The translations under genes and the position numbers were made by a program. Below, piece by piece: positions 1-8,269 of a stretch of 51,869 nt of DNA (its first letter is position 1; every line of letters starts with the position of its first letter). The stretch is from an uncultured Pseudomonadota bacterium (lineage in GTDB: Bacteria; UBA10199; CAZHVX01), in NCBI GenBank assembly GCA_964536295.1, contig CAZHVX010000001.1, positions 1 to 51,869 on the forward strand. Reading direction: 5' to 3'. The notes below the pieces were generated by a model. The model searched no databases, was not told the origin of the DNA, and saw only the letters and a program-made list of their open reading frames with translations.

Positions 1-35
1 ATCCTAAAAGAAATATGATGGCGGGCAGGTGTTTC
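1..35. repeat. Partial copy of a GC-rich hairpin repeat (family D), cut by the window edge
   Basis: atcctaaaagaaatatgatggcgggcaggtgtttc is near-identical to 43334-43369, differing by one A in the loop. Confidence 0.7.
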
Positions 36-189
36 GTTTTTTCATGACAACTTTTAGCACTATCGATTTTTGTAAATATAGATCATATATCATACAAGCA
101 CAATAATTTTAAACGGTACATATAAGGGGACCCCTTACATGTAGTGTTTTGTATTTGACCGGGGCCCTGTATGATGTTATCCGGAGCCT

Positions 190-864
190 ATGAATAAAAG
201 ATTTGGAATCATATTCGATCTGGATGGAACTGTTATCGAACCTACCAAATCGATTACAAGATGCATTAATTATGCATTGTCCCAAAAAGGGTATAAAGAA
301 TACACCTCAGATGAGCTGCTAACCCACATTGGATATACATTATATGATGTCTTCCCAAAGCTAGTTGGTAACATATCCGATGAGGAAATGTGGGAGTTGG
401 TCGAACTTTATCGTAAACGATTTGATAACGAGGGAATCGCTGAAAATGAATTATATACTGGCTTCGGTAGACTATTCAAAGAAAACGCGCATAAAAATCT
501 CTTCATAGCCAGCTTAAAACCGTGGCCGGCGTGCAAAAAAATCCTTCAGCACATGAAACTTGACCATTACTTTAAGGGAATATACGGAAGCGAAAATGAC
601 GGAACCAGGTCAGACAAAACCGAGCTTGTTGCTTATCTTAAAAGCAAAGAGGGTATAAACGATGGCGTAATGGTGGGAGACCGGGAGTCCGATATTATAG
701 CTGGAAAAAAGAACGGACTTACAACGATAGGGGTCACCTACGGATATGGTAACGATACAGAACTTATGGCTGCCGGAGCCGACTTTGTGGTTTATTCCGT
801 TGAAGAGCTTAATGATCGACTAAAAACCCTAGGAGGTTGTTTTGGATCAAAAAAAACTACTTGA
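190..864 (+). CDS. HAD-superfamily hydrolase, phosphoglycolate-phosphatase-like
   Basis: N-terminal FDLDGTV (DxDGT) motif, internal S/T motif and a C-terminal VGDRESDI motif, typical of HAD-IA. Confidence 0.8.
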   Translation: MNKRFGIIFDLDGTVIEPTKSITRCINYALSQKGYKEYTSDELLTHIGYTLYDVFPKLVGNISDEEMWELVELYRKRFDNEGIAENELYTGFGRLFKENAHKNLFIASLKPWPACKKILQHMKLDHYFKGIYGSENDGTRSDKTELVAYLKSKEGINDGVMVGDRESDIIAGKKNGLTTIGVTYGYGNDTELMAAGADFVVYSVEELNDRLKTLGGCFGSKKTT

Positions 865-1591
865 ACTATTGAAACAGATTCAAAGTAATCAAAGATCACC
901 TGAGGATGTTTGCAGCGAATTGAAAAATTCTCTCATGATTGATCTTGATTTCGCAAAACTCGATCTCCACAGACCTTTACGTAACGATCTAAGTGAGGTA
1001 ATATATGGGGCAGGGAAGAGTAACGAACAAATAATTAAAATTGTAGAGGCGTTGAATTCAATAAATAAAAACATACTTGGAACACACATCAAACCCGAAA
1101 TAGGTGAGATTTTATCACAAAAATATTCTGCTTCGTCATATGATCTTGCATCCAAAACATTTTCTCTTGTCACAACCCCTTGCGAACCGATCAACAAGAA
1201 GCTGGCTATAATATGTGCCGGAACATCTGATATCCCAATTGCCGAAGAAGCCAGGTTAACCGCAAAGTTTTTCGGCATTGAGGCTAATACATTTTATGAT
1301 GTGGGGGTCGCGGGGATCCATAGGGTTTTTAATTGCATTGAAGATATCAAATCATGCGATGTGTCGATTATTGTTGCCGGAATGGAGGGGGCACTTCCAA
1401 GTGTTATGGGGGGGTTGACCCCCATGCCAATCATCGCGGTGCCGACAAGTATTGGTTACGGTACGAACCTTTCGGGGTTCACACCGCTGTTCGCAATGTT
1501 AAATAGTTGTTCGGAAGGAATCACTGTGGTGAATATCAACAACGGTTTTGGTGCAGCATGCGCTGCGTTGCGCATTTTGAAAAACAAATGA
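842..1591 (+). CDS. larB: LarB-like protein with a PurE/AIR-carboxylase fold (nickel-pincer cofactor biosynthesis family)
   Basis: About 250 aa. Has a PurE-like core (IICAGTSDIPIAEEA, VAGMEGALPSV, PIIAVPTS.GYG, VVNINNGFGAA). TTG start overlaps the HAD gene by 23 nt. Confidence 0.65.
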   Translation: MDQKKLLELLKQIQSNQRSPEDVCSELKNSLMIDLDFAKLDLHRPLRNDLSEVIYGAGKSNEQIIKIVEALNSINKNILGTHIKPEIGEILSQKYSASSYDLASKTFSLVTTPCEPINKKLAIICAGTSDIPIAEEARLTAKFFGIEANTFYDVGVAGIHRVFNCIEDIKSCDVSIIVAGMEGALPSVMGGLTPMPIIAVPTSIGYGTNLSGFTPLFAMLNSCSEGITVVNINNGFGAACAALRILKNK

Positions 1592-1601
1592 TATTTTTTT
1601 T

Positions 1602-1655
1602 GACAGGATTAACTGGATTAAATTTTCCTCTTAAAAAAATCCTGTTAATCATGTC
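1602..1655. repeat. Family C palindromic repeat (GACAGGATTAAC ... AATCCTGT), copy C1
   Basis: ACAGGAT/ATCCTGT and GATTAAC/GTTAATC inverted arms. The same motifs recur at 2844, 18844, 20409 and 43128. Confidence 0.75.
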
Positions 1656-1729
1656 AGAAAATTAAGTTTTATTTTGGAAAGCGTCGCAATAATGTTAATA
1701 TTAATTATATATAAATTATCAAAAAGTAT

Positions 1730-1759
1730 TTGACAATTCATCAATGATTCTCTTATAAT
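1730..1759 (+). promoter_or_regulatory. Consensus sigma70-type promoter for the lysine-rich protein gene
   Basis: TTGACA (1730-1735), 18-nt spacer, TATAAT (1754-1759). It lies about 55 nt upstream of the ATG at 1815. Confidence 0.6.
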
Positions 1760-1814
1760 TCGGATAACTTGGTTGGAAAAATTAATATTTAACCTTTTTA
1801 AAAAGGAGGGGAAG

Positions 1815-1976
1815 ATGGCAAAGAGAAAGAAAAAAGCCGCAACGAAGAAAGTTGTGAAGAAAAAAGTTGCGAAGAAAAAAACAGCAAAAAAAGTTGTGAA
1901 GAAAAAAGTTGCGAAGAAAAAAACAGCGAAGAAAAAAATTGTTAAGAAAACAGTGAAAAGAAAAAAGAAAAAATAA
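1815..1976 (+). CDS. Lysine-rich histone H1-like / nucleoid-associated basic protein (53 aa)
   Basis: Strong SD (AAAGGAGGGG) 5 nt before the ATG at 1815. The protein is almost entirely K/A/V/T, with KKVVKKKVAKKKTA repeated. A terminator follows. The TTG start at 1773 in the ORF track is less likely. Confidence 0.7.
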   Translation: MAKRKKKAATKKVVKKKVAKKKTAKKVVKKKVAKKKTAKKKIVKKTVKRKKKK

Positions 1977-2004
1977 GTAAGTACGCTTTGTAAAGCAGAC
2001 TTAG

Positions 2005-2039
2005 AAGCCCGAGAGCCCAACCCTCTCGGGCTTTTTTTG
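2005..2039 (+). terminator. Rho-independent terminator
   Basis: AAGCCCGAGAG (2005-2015) pairs with CTCTCGGGCTT (2023-2033) across a 7-nt loop, followed by a T7 tract. Confidence 0.85.
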
Positions 2040-2251
2040 TACACTGAAGGCACAGAGACATTGTGTACTACGCTGAGAACTCTGAGACATTACATTCTAA
2101 GCAGGCCCAAAGGGCGCGTCGAAGGGTGTATTTTACGATCAACTCCAATCCGCAAATAATGTGGCCTGGGGTATTTTTTTTCTTGTGACACTTTAATCTC
2201 TATGCTAAAAGCGTTTATCTCTTTTAACTCTTTAATTCATAGGAGGGGGAA

Positions 2252-2803
2252 ATGACAGCATATGTACCCACAAAATGTTTTCTTGTAAAAGGTGTCGGAA
2301 CACACAAAGAAAAATTACAAAGCTTTGAAGGAGCACTTCGTAACGCAGGGATCGCCCAATTTAATCTTGTTAGAGTATCAAGCATTTTTCCTCCTCATTG
2401 TAAAATCCTTACTCCGATAAAAGGCTTAGCGGAATTAGATCCGGGAATGATTATTCATTGTGTTCTTTCCGATGTTGCCACAAATGAACCACACAGGTTA
2501 ATATCTGCCTCCGTTGGAATAGCCATTCCAAAAAACAGGGATCAGCATGGGTATCTCTCCGAACATCATGGTTATGGCCAAACCGAAAAACACGCCGGAG
2601 ACTATGCAGAGGATCTGGCAGCAGAGATGCTGGCAACCATTGTCGGCGTTCCGTTTGACCCAGACAAATCATGGAACGAAAGAAAAGAGATCTGGAAAAT
2701 TAGTGATGATATCGTTTTAACAAGAAATACGTCAAAATCAGCGGTTGGAAACAAAAACGGCCTTTGGACTACAGTATTAGCGGGCGCCATATTTGTACCG
2801 TAA
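2252..2803 (+). CDS. pdaD: Pyruvoyl-dependent arginine decarboxylase
   Basis: Size and N-terminus fit the family (KGVGTHKEKLQSFEGALRNAGIAQFNLVRVSSIFPP). It contains the self-cleavage Ser-Ser site. SD is GGAGGGGGA. Confidence 0.8.
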   Translation: MTAYVPTKCFLVKGVGTHKEKLQSFEGALRNAGIAQFNLVRVSSIFPPHCKILTPIKGLAELDPGMIIHCVLSDVATNEPHRLISASVGIAIPKNRDQHGYLSEHHGYGQTEKHAGDYAEDLAAEMLATIVGVPFDPDKSWNERKEIWKISDDIVLTRNTSKSAVGNKNGLWTTVLAGAIFVP

Positions 2804-2843
2804 ACTTTATCGCGGCAGAATCACAGCGTTTTGTTCTTACTTT

Positions 2844-2915
2844 GACTGGATTAACAGGATTTTTAATAAGGCTTTGATAAAAACAGACCACTAAGTAATC
2901 TTGTAAATCCTGTCG
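2844..2915. repeat. Family C palindromic repeat, copy C2, between pdaD and speB
   Basis: CTGGATTAACAGGATT ... TAAATCCTGTC. Confidence 0.7.
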
Positions 2916-2953
2916 AAAAAAATTTTATTTTAATTGCAAAGCTGGGATAAAAA

Positions 2954-3829
2954 ATGAACACTATCCTCAATGATAATTTCTGTAATATCGAAGAAAAACA
3001 TTCCAGCTATAATGGTTCCAGCGCCGTAATCATCCCTGCTCCATACGAAAAGACCACCAGCTATGGTCAGGGCACAGGCAATGGCCCCAGAGCTATTATA
3101 CAAGCTTCACAAAATATGGAGTCCTACGACGAAGAGTTGGATATTGAATCCTACAAGATGGGGATCCACACACTAAAGCCGATAGATTTTGGAAAAACAG
3201 AGGGGGAGGATGCCCTCAATAAAATTCAAGAGGTTGTAGGGCGCGTAATAAATGATAATAAATTTCCTCTTATGCTTGGTGGAGAACATTCGATCTCTAC
3301 GGGTGCAATCAGGGCGTTGCTAAAAAAATATCCAAATCTAAATGTTGTCCAATTCGATGCACATTCAGATCTGCGTGATTCATATGAAGGAACCAAGTAC
3401 AGCCACGCATGTATAATGAGAAGAATCGTTGACGATTGCAACATCATACAGTTAGGCATCCGCGCCTCCGACATTGAAGAATCTAAACTGATAAAAGAAC
3501 GTAAACTTAATACTTTTTTTGCGTATCAAATGGCGGGGTGTGATAAGTGGATGGATGCTGCAATATCAAAGATAAATGGCCCCGTTTACATAACCTTTGA
3601 TCTGGATTTTTTGGATCCATCAATTATGCCTGCAACAGGCACACCTGAACCTGGTGGTTTTGATTGGTACACAACAATCCGTTTTTTGAAAAAATTAATT
3701 AATTCACAAAAGGTAGTGGGGGCAGATGTCGTAGAGCTGGCACCATTAAAAGACTTCCCAACATGCGACTTCACAGCAGCAAAATTGGTTTACAAAATTT
3801 TGGGCTATTGGCACACATCAAGAATTTAG
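2954..3829 (+). CDS. speB: Agmatinase (arginase/ureohydrolase family)
   Basis: Mn-binding motifs GGEHSIS, DAHSDL and FDLDFLDP, plus the GG...E C-terminal region. It sits next to pdaD. Confidence 0.85.
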   Translation: MNTILNDNFCNIEEKHSSYNGSSAVIIPAPYEKTTSYGQGTGNGPRAIIQASQNMESYDEELDIESYKMGIHTLKPIDFGKTEGEDALNKIQEVVGRVINDNKFPLMLGGEHSISTGAIRALLKKYPNLNVVQFDAHSDLRDSYEGTKYSHACIMRRIVDDCNIIQLGIRASDIEESKLIKERKLNTFFAYQMAGCDKWMDAAISKINGPVYITFDLDFLDPSIMPATGTPEPGGFDWYTTIRFLKKLINSQKVVGADVVELAPLKDFPTCDFTAAKLVYKILGYWHTSRI

Positions 3830-4017
3830 TGAACAGTATCTCGGTTTCTTCCAAGGGAAGACATCATCTCTTCTTCACGAATTTTGATGTGGTTTGCAAT
3901 ATCCCACTGCTCACCCTCTAGTGACACACCGGTTTCAATTAGCAACCGGTTAAAGTTTTCACTATCTACGTGGTCGTCGATGACTTCCATTACAAGGCTT
4001 CTAAAATATGGATCCAT
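3826..4017 (-). CDS. Small acidic hypothetical protein (63 aa)
   Basis: Very strong SD (GGAGGGGGAG) 5 nt upstream of the ATG. No recognisable domain. Its 3' end overlaps the speB stop by 4 nt (convergent). Confidence 0.45.
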   Translation of the reverse strand: MDPYFRSLVMEVIDDHVDSENFNRLLIETGVSLEGEQWDIANHIKIREEEMMSSLGRNRDTVH

Positions 4018-4114
4018 GTTAACTCCCCCTCCATGGATATTATATACAAAGAGGTTAAATTGTGATAAGTAACTTTAAACAATTTAATCTAACTTGCTTA
4101 AAACTAAGGATTCC

Positions 4115-4256
4115 CTTTAAAGGGAGTGGTGGAAAATGCCTTTCGATGTCATCCCTGCGAAGGCAGGGATCCAGAACTTATTGAAATTACTGGATCCCTG
4201 CCTTCGCAGGGATGACAATTTTTGAAAAAACAGTATTTTCCACCACTCCCTTAAAG
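4115..4256. repeat. Family A composite palindromic element, copy A1 (outer GGGAGTGGTGGAAAAT arms plus inner GTCATCC...GGATCC hairpin)
   Basis: Outer arm 4115-4137 is the reverse complement of 4235-4256. Inner arm TGTCATCCCTGCGAAGGCAGGGATCCAG (4148-4175) is the reverse complement of 4190-4217. Confidence 0.9.
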
Positions 4257-4403
4257 AACGTATTAAACTAGCTATGTATAAAAAATTATGGATAAACATA
4301 TTGATATTATTTAATAAAAATTACTGTTACTTAACTTTATATAATTTTAGTAAACTTAATAACATTTTAAAACATTCGTCAAGAAAAAATTGGGAAACCT
4401 TCA

Positions 4404-5906
4404 ATGTTTACAACTAGTTACATATTCACAAGGGCGCGCTTTCTATTGCCAATACTGGTTTTCCTCCTGACACTCATTGCAAAACCAGTGATTGCACAGG
4501 ATTTAGAAAATGATGTCGTAGAATACAGGCTCCCGAATGGTATGTTATGGCTATTGTTAGATCGACCAGGGATACCGTCATTAGCCGGAACCGTCTCAGT
4601 AAAGGTCGGTGCACTGGATGATCCGAAGGGCAAGAGCGGCTTATCTCACATGCTTGAGCATATGGCCTTCAAGGGCACAAACCAGATAGGCACACACGAT
4701 TTTGCAAAGGAAGAACCAATATTAAAGAAAATACGTGAAGTTGGTGGCAAGCTTACACTTGAAAACCAGAAGGCAACCCCAGACAAGGAACTAATGGCAA
4801 AGCTACAGCAGGAGCTAACTGAACTGCAAAAAAGGCATAAACCATTGGTGTTCTCCGAGCTTGATCTTATTATGGATCGAAATGGTGCCGTTGGTAGCAA
4901 TGCCGTAACGAGTTATGATTATACAAGGTACTTTATAGAGATGCCTGGCCACAAGCTGGAGCTTTGGGCATACATAATGTCCGAAATGCTTTTTAATTCC
5001 GTTACGAGGGAATTCTACGTGGAAAGGGATGTGGTCCTGGAAGAAAGACGCCTACGAATAGATACCAGTCCATGGGGTGTTACATTTGAAAAGTTTTATA
5101 ATTTAGCCTTTGAAAAAAGTCCATTTTCTCATCTCCCCGGGGGAACGAAAAAGTCTATCGGCACATATACGATGGAGGATGTAGAAAAACTTCATAATGA
5201 ATATTATGTCCCTAGCAATATGGTAGGTGCGATAGTAGGAAATATCGACATAGACAAAACGAAAAAAATTCTAAAAAAGCATTTCGGAAAATATACTGCC
5301 GCAGCTACTATCAAAGAAGATCTGCCAGTGGAACCTAAGCAAACAGCGGAAAGGCGCGCCACCATTAAGTATGATGCCGAACCGAGGCTTTTAATAGGTT
5401 ACCATAAACCAAATCTTCCGCACCCAGACGATTACGTTTTTGATATTATCTATTATATACTTTGTGATGGAAGATCTTCACGTCTACATAAACGTCTTGT
5501 AGAAGAAGAAAAAATCGCCAGTAATTTTTACTGCGATCCATCTCATCCTGGAAATCGAGCAGACAATTTGATGGTTTTAATGGTTATACCTTACGAATCA
5601 AAATCGCCTGAAAGAATTGAAAAAACTATTTATGACGAAATAGAAAAACTCGGCTCAAGCTTAGTAAGTAAAAATGAGCTTCAAAAGGCCCTAAATAACA
5701 TACTGGCAAACTTCTATTTTGCAATTGAATCTAATGAGGATCTTGCGGAAACACTTGTAACATATCATACTCTCGTTGGTGACTGGAAATACCTGATTAC
5801 AAAACAAAAGATTTATGAACAAATAACACCAGAGGATATAAAAAGAGTTGTAAATAAATATATGATTTCATCTAACAGGACAGTAGTATGGCAGTTAAAA
5901 AAATAA
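4404..5906 (+). CDS. Secreted M16 (pitrilysin-family) zinc peptidase, catalytic subunit
   Basis: Signal peptide ending VIAQD. HMLEHMAFKGT contains the HxxEH zinc motif. Confidence 0.85.
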   Translation: MFTTSYIFTRARFLLPILVFLLTLIAKPVIAQDLENDVVEYRLPNGMLWLLLDRPGIPSLAGTVSVKVGALDDPKGKSGLSHMLEHMAFKGTNQIGTHDFAKEEPILKKIREVGGKLTLENQKATPDKELMAKLQQELTELQKRHKPLVFSELDLIMDRNGAVGSNAVTSYDYTRYFIEMPGHKLELWAYIMSEMLFNSVTREFYVERDVVLEERRLRIDTSPWGVTFEKFYNLAFEKSPFSHLPGGTKKSIGTYTMEDVEKLHNEYYVPSNMVGAIVGNIDIDKTKKILKKHFGKYTAAATIKEDLPVEPKQTAERRATIKYDAEPRLLIGYHKPNLPHPDDYVFDIIYYILCDGRSSRLHKRLVEEEKIASNFYCDPSHPGNRADNLMVLMVIPYESKSPERIEKTIYDEIEKLGSSLVSKNELQKALNNILANFYFAIESNEDLAETLVTYHTLVGDWKYLITKQKIYEQITPEDIKRVVNKYMISSNRTVVWQLKK

Positions 5907-7306
5907 GTTACATAATAATTACATTGTTCTTATTTGTATTTATTCAGGGATGCAAATCTAAGGCATTTGAAAAATATGAAGATGTTTCTACACCATCCTT
6001 TACACTTCCAAAGGTAGAAAAAAGGATACTAGCTAATGGTCTGAAACTTTTTTTGTTGGAGGATAAAAGCCTTCCGATCATAAACATTGATGTAACCATA
6101 AGGACCGGTTCGATATACGACCCAAAGGATCAGCTTGGCACAGCTGCATTAGCCGGCAACCTGTTAAGAACCGGCGGAACAAAAAACTACACGGCCGAAG
6201 AACTTGACGAAAAACTGGATTTCTTGGCAATCAATATAGGAAGTGGCATTAGCCGTGATAAGGGAGATGTCTCGCTAAAAACGCTTACTAAACATCTTGA
6301 TGAGGCGCTAAAAATCTTAACAGAAATTCTATTTGAACCACGTTTCTCCCAGGACAAAATTGATATCTCAAAGGAGAAATATATTGATGAATTAAAGAGA
6401 GACAATGATAAGCCATCCAATATTGCCTCGTACAAATTTAGGGAAATGCTCTACGGCGCAGCCAGTCCATGGGGAAGAAGACCAAGCGCTAAATCAATAA
6501 TGTCCATCACTAGAAAAGAACTTGTTGAGTTTCATAAAAGGTTTTTTTACCCCAACAGGATGATTATTGCAATATCGGGGGATTTCGATGCGGAGCTTAT
6601 CGCAAATAAGATCGCAGTTCTAACGCAATCCTATAAAGAAACCAACGCGCCACTACCAGATCTTAAAACAGAAGAACCTCAAAGGAACCCAAATGTTTTC
6701 TTTGTTAACAAAAGAAAGATGAGCCAAACTACCGTTAACGTCGGCCACATTGGAATCAACCGACACAACCCCGACAAATTCACCCTAATGGTTTTTAATA
6801 ACATTTTGGGGGGTTCAGGTTTTTGGAGCCGTCTCATGACGAAGGTTAGAAGGGAGGCTGGTTTGGCTTATTCGGTTGGTAGCATAATAGATAGAAATGA
6901 GGAACTTGGGCTATTTAAAATTGTTTTCAATACAAATTCTGATCAGGTAATTGACGCTGCAACCCTTGTAAAAAAAGAGTTAGAAAAGATATTGACTGAG
7001 GGTATTACTAAGAAAGAGCTAAAAATTGTAAAAGAGTCTTTCATCAATAGCCTAGTAATGAACTATCGCGATAGCGAAAGCGTCGTCGATATGCGCGCGA
7101 CTATTGATTACCTTGGATATCCTGAAGACTATATTGATCAGATGCTTAAGGCCGTAATTGACCTGGATGTTAAAACTGTAAATGAAGTTGCGAAAAAGTA
7201 TATTCATCCGGATAATCTAGTCTATGTTTTTGTGGGAGATAGCGTAAAATTCAAAGACAGGTTAACAGAATTTGGCAAAGTAACCGAACTAAATCTGAAC
7301 AATTAA
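5888..7306 (+). CDS. M16-family peptidase paralog lacking HxxEH (non-catalytic partner), probable lipoprotein
   Basis: Lipobox-like FIQGC after an N-terminal hydrophobic stretch. The M16 fold is similar but no HxxEH is present. It overlaps the upstream M16 gene by 19 nt. Confidence 0.75.
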   Translation: MAVKKISYIIITLFLFVFIQGCKSKAFEKYEDVSTPSFTLPKVEKRILANGLKLFLLEDKSLPIINIDVTIRTGSIYDPKDQLGTAALAGNLLRTGGTKNYTAEELDEKLDFLAINIGSGISRDKGDVSLKTLTKHLDEALKILTEILFEPRFSQDKIDISKEKYIDELKRDNDKPSNIASYKFREMLYGAASPWGRRPSAKSIMSITRKELVEFHKRFFYPNRMIIAISGDFDAELIANKIAVLTQSYKETNAPLPDLKTEEPQRNPNVFFVNKRKMSQTTVNVGHIGINRHNPDKFTLMVFNNILGGSGFWSRLMTKVRREAGLAYSVGSIIDRNEELGLFKIVFNTNSDQVIDAATLVKKELEKILTEGITKKELKIVKESFINSLVMNYRDSESVVDMRATIDYLGYPEDYIDQMLKAVIDLDVKTVNEVAKKYIHPDNLVYVFVGDSVKFKDRLTEFGKVTELNLNN

Positions 7307-7341
7307 TCTACCTCACCCCCTTCATAATTAAGCATAATAGT

Positions 7342-7423
7342 TTTGTCATCCTCGCGAAAGCGGGGATCCAGAATATATAACTTATTGAAAAGACTGGATC
7401 CCCGCCTTCGCAGGGATGACAAA
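7342..7423. repeat. Family A palindromic element, copy A2 (inner hairpin only)
   Basis: TTTGTCATCCTCGCGAAAGCGGGGATCCAG ... CTGGATCCCCGCCTTCGCAGGGATGACAAA. The loop aacttattgaaaa resembles the A1 loop. Confidence 0.9.
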
Positions 7424-7442
7424 GAATAAAGAACCAGAATCT

Positions 7443-8204
7443 TTATTTCTTGATCTCACCAAATCCAGCCAACCTAAGTTCATGAAGTATTTCTTTTCCT
7501 TCCTTATCCTTCGACATTTTGATCAATACATCTCGCAATTCAGGTGGAACGGCGGAAAAGGTCCTAATCTTAGGGGCGGGTATTTCTTTCGAGGCCAATA
7601 CAATATCAATTTTCTTTGCCCAATCCATCTTTAGATTCTTTAATGCATACCGTTCAATGGGCGTCAAAATCGCAAAAGCCTTTTCCTTACCCTGGCCGAT
7701 GAACTTTAATTTTGTGAATAAATTTGGGGTAGTGATTATATTTACTGACTTGGGAAGATTCCAATCAAACTCTTTAACCAGATAGTCCCATGTCATCGGC
7801 TGGCTTGTATAAACAACGGAATTCGGCCCAATTTCCTTCTCTAGCGAGACAAGATAAAAAATCTCCACAGCTTTTCGTTTTGGATAGGGGAGTGTCGTTA
7901 GATAATTTTCCCCTCCATTGAAAACATGGTTACTTTGTATATAGGCAGCATGGCTTGCAAGAATGAGTGCGGGCTTTTGTGTTTGTACGTAACGCAAACC
8001 TCTCTCGCTGGAGTTTTCATAGATCCCAGTAATCTTTGAATCATTCAATTTTGTACTTAAATATTCGAAAAATGCATCCAAAACGGGCTGCGCATCTTCA
8101 GCCGACCCGGCCTCTCCCGGATACCAGAAGAGCATCCTCAAGTCTTGGGCCACGGCCGGCAACGTTATAAGCAACATCACCAATATCAAGAAAAACCTTT
8201 TCAT
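7443..8204 (-). CDS. Secreted periplasmic-binding-protein-like protein, function unknown
   Basis: Start moved to the ATG at 8204, giving the signal peptide MKRFFLILVMLLITLPAVAQD. Any PhnD/PBP2 resemblance is only a weak impression. Divergent from the MMPL gene. Confidence 0.55.
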   Translation of the reverse strand: MKRFFLILVMLLITLPAVAQDLRMLFWYPGEAGSAEDAQPVLDAFFEYLSTKLNDSKITGIYENSSERGLRYVQTQKPALILASHAAYIQSNHVFNGGENYLTTLPYPKRKAVEIFYLVSLEKEIGPNSVVYTSQPMTWDYLVKEFDWNLPKSVNIITTPNLFTKLKFIGQGKEKAFAILTPIERYALKNLKMDWAKKIDIVLASKEIPAPKIRTFSAVPPELRDVLIKMSKDKEGKEILHELRLAGFGEIKK

Positions 8205-8269
8205 ATCAAGGATGTATACTACAGAAAGCCATTGATAAAGCAAGTCAATTTTGTTACCCTGCACAAACT

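Noticed and set aside
889-1278. 129-aa minus-strand ORF inside larB
   Set aside because: It is an antisense shadow ORF within a well-supported CDS.
1649-2053. 134-aa minus-strand ORF rich in Phe (FFFATFFFTTFF...)
   Set aside because: It is the antisense shadow of the lysine-rich gene, since AAG/AAA codons read as CTT/TTT. It spans the promoter and terminator of that gene and has no SD.
4117-4299. 60-aa ORF (…WIPAFAGMTSKGIFHHSL)
   Set aside because: It lies entirely inside the palindromic family A element A1, so the ORF is a by-product of the repeat.
7416-7634. 72-aa plus-strand ORF
   Set aside because: It starts inside repeat A2 and runs antisense to the better-supported periplasmic protein gene.
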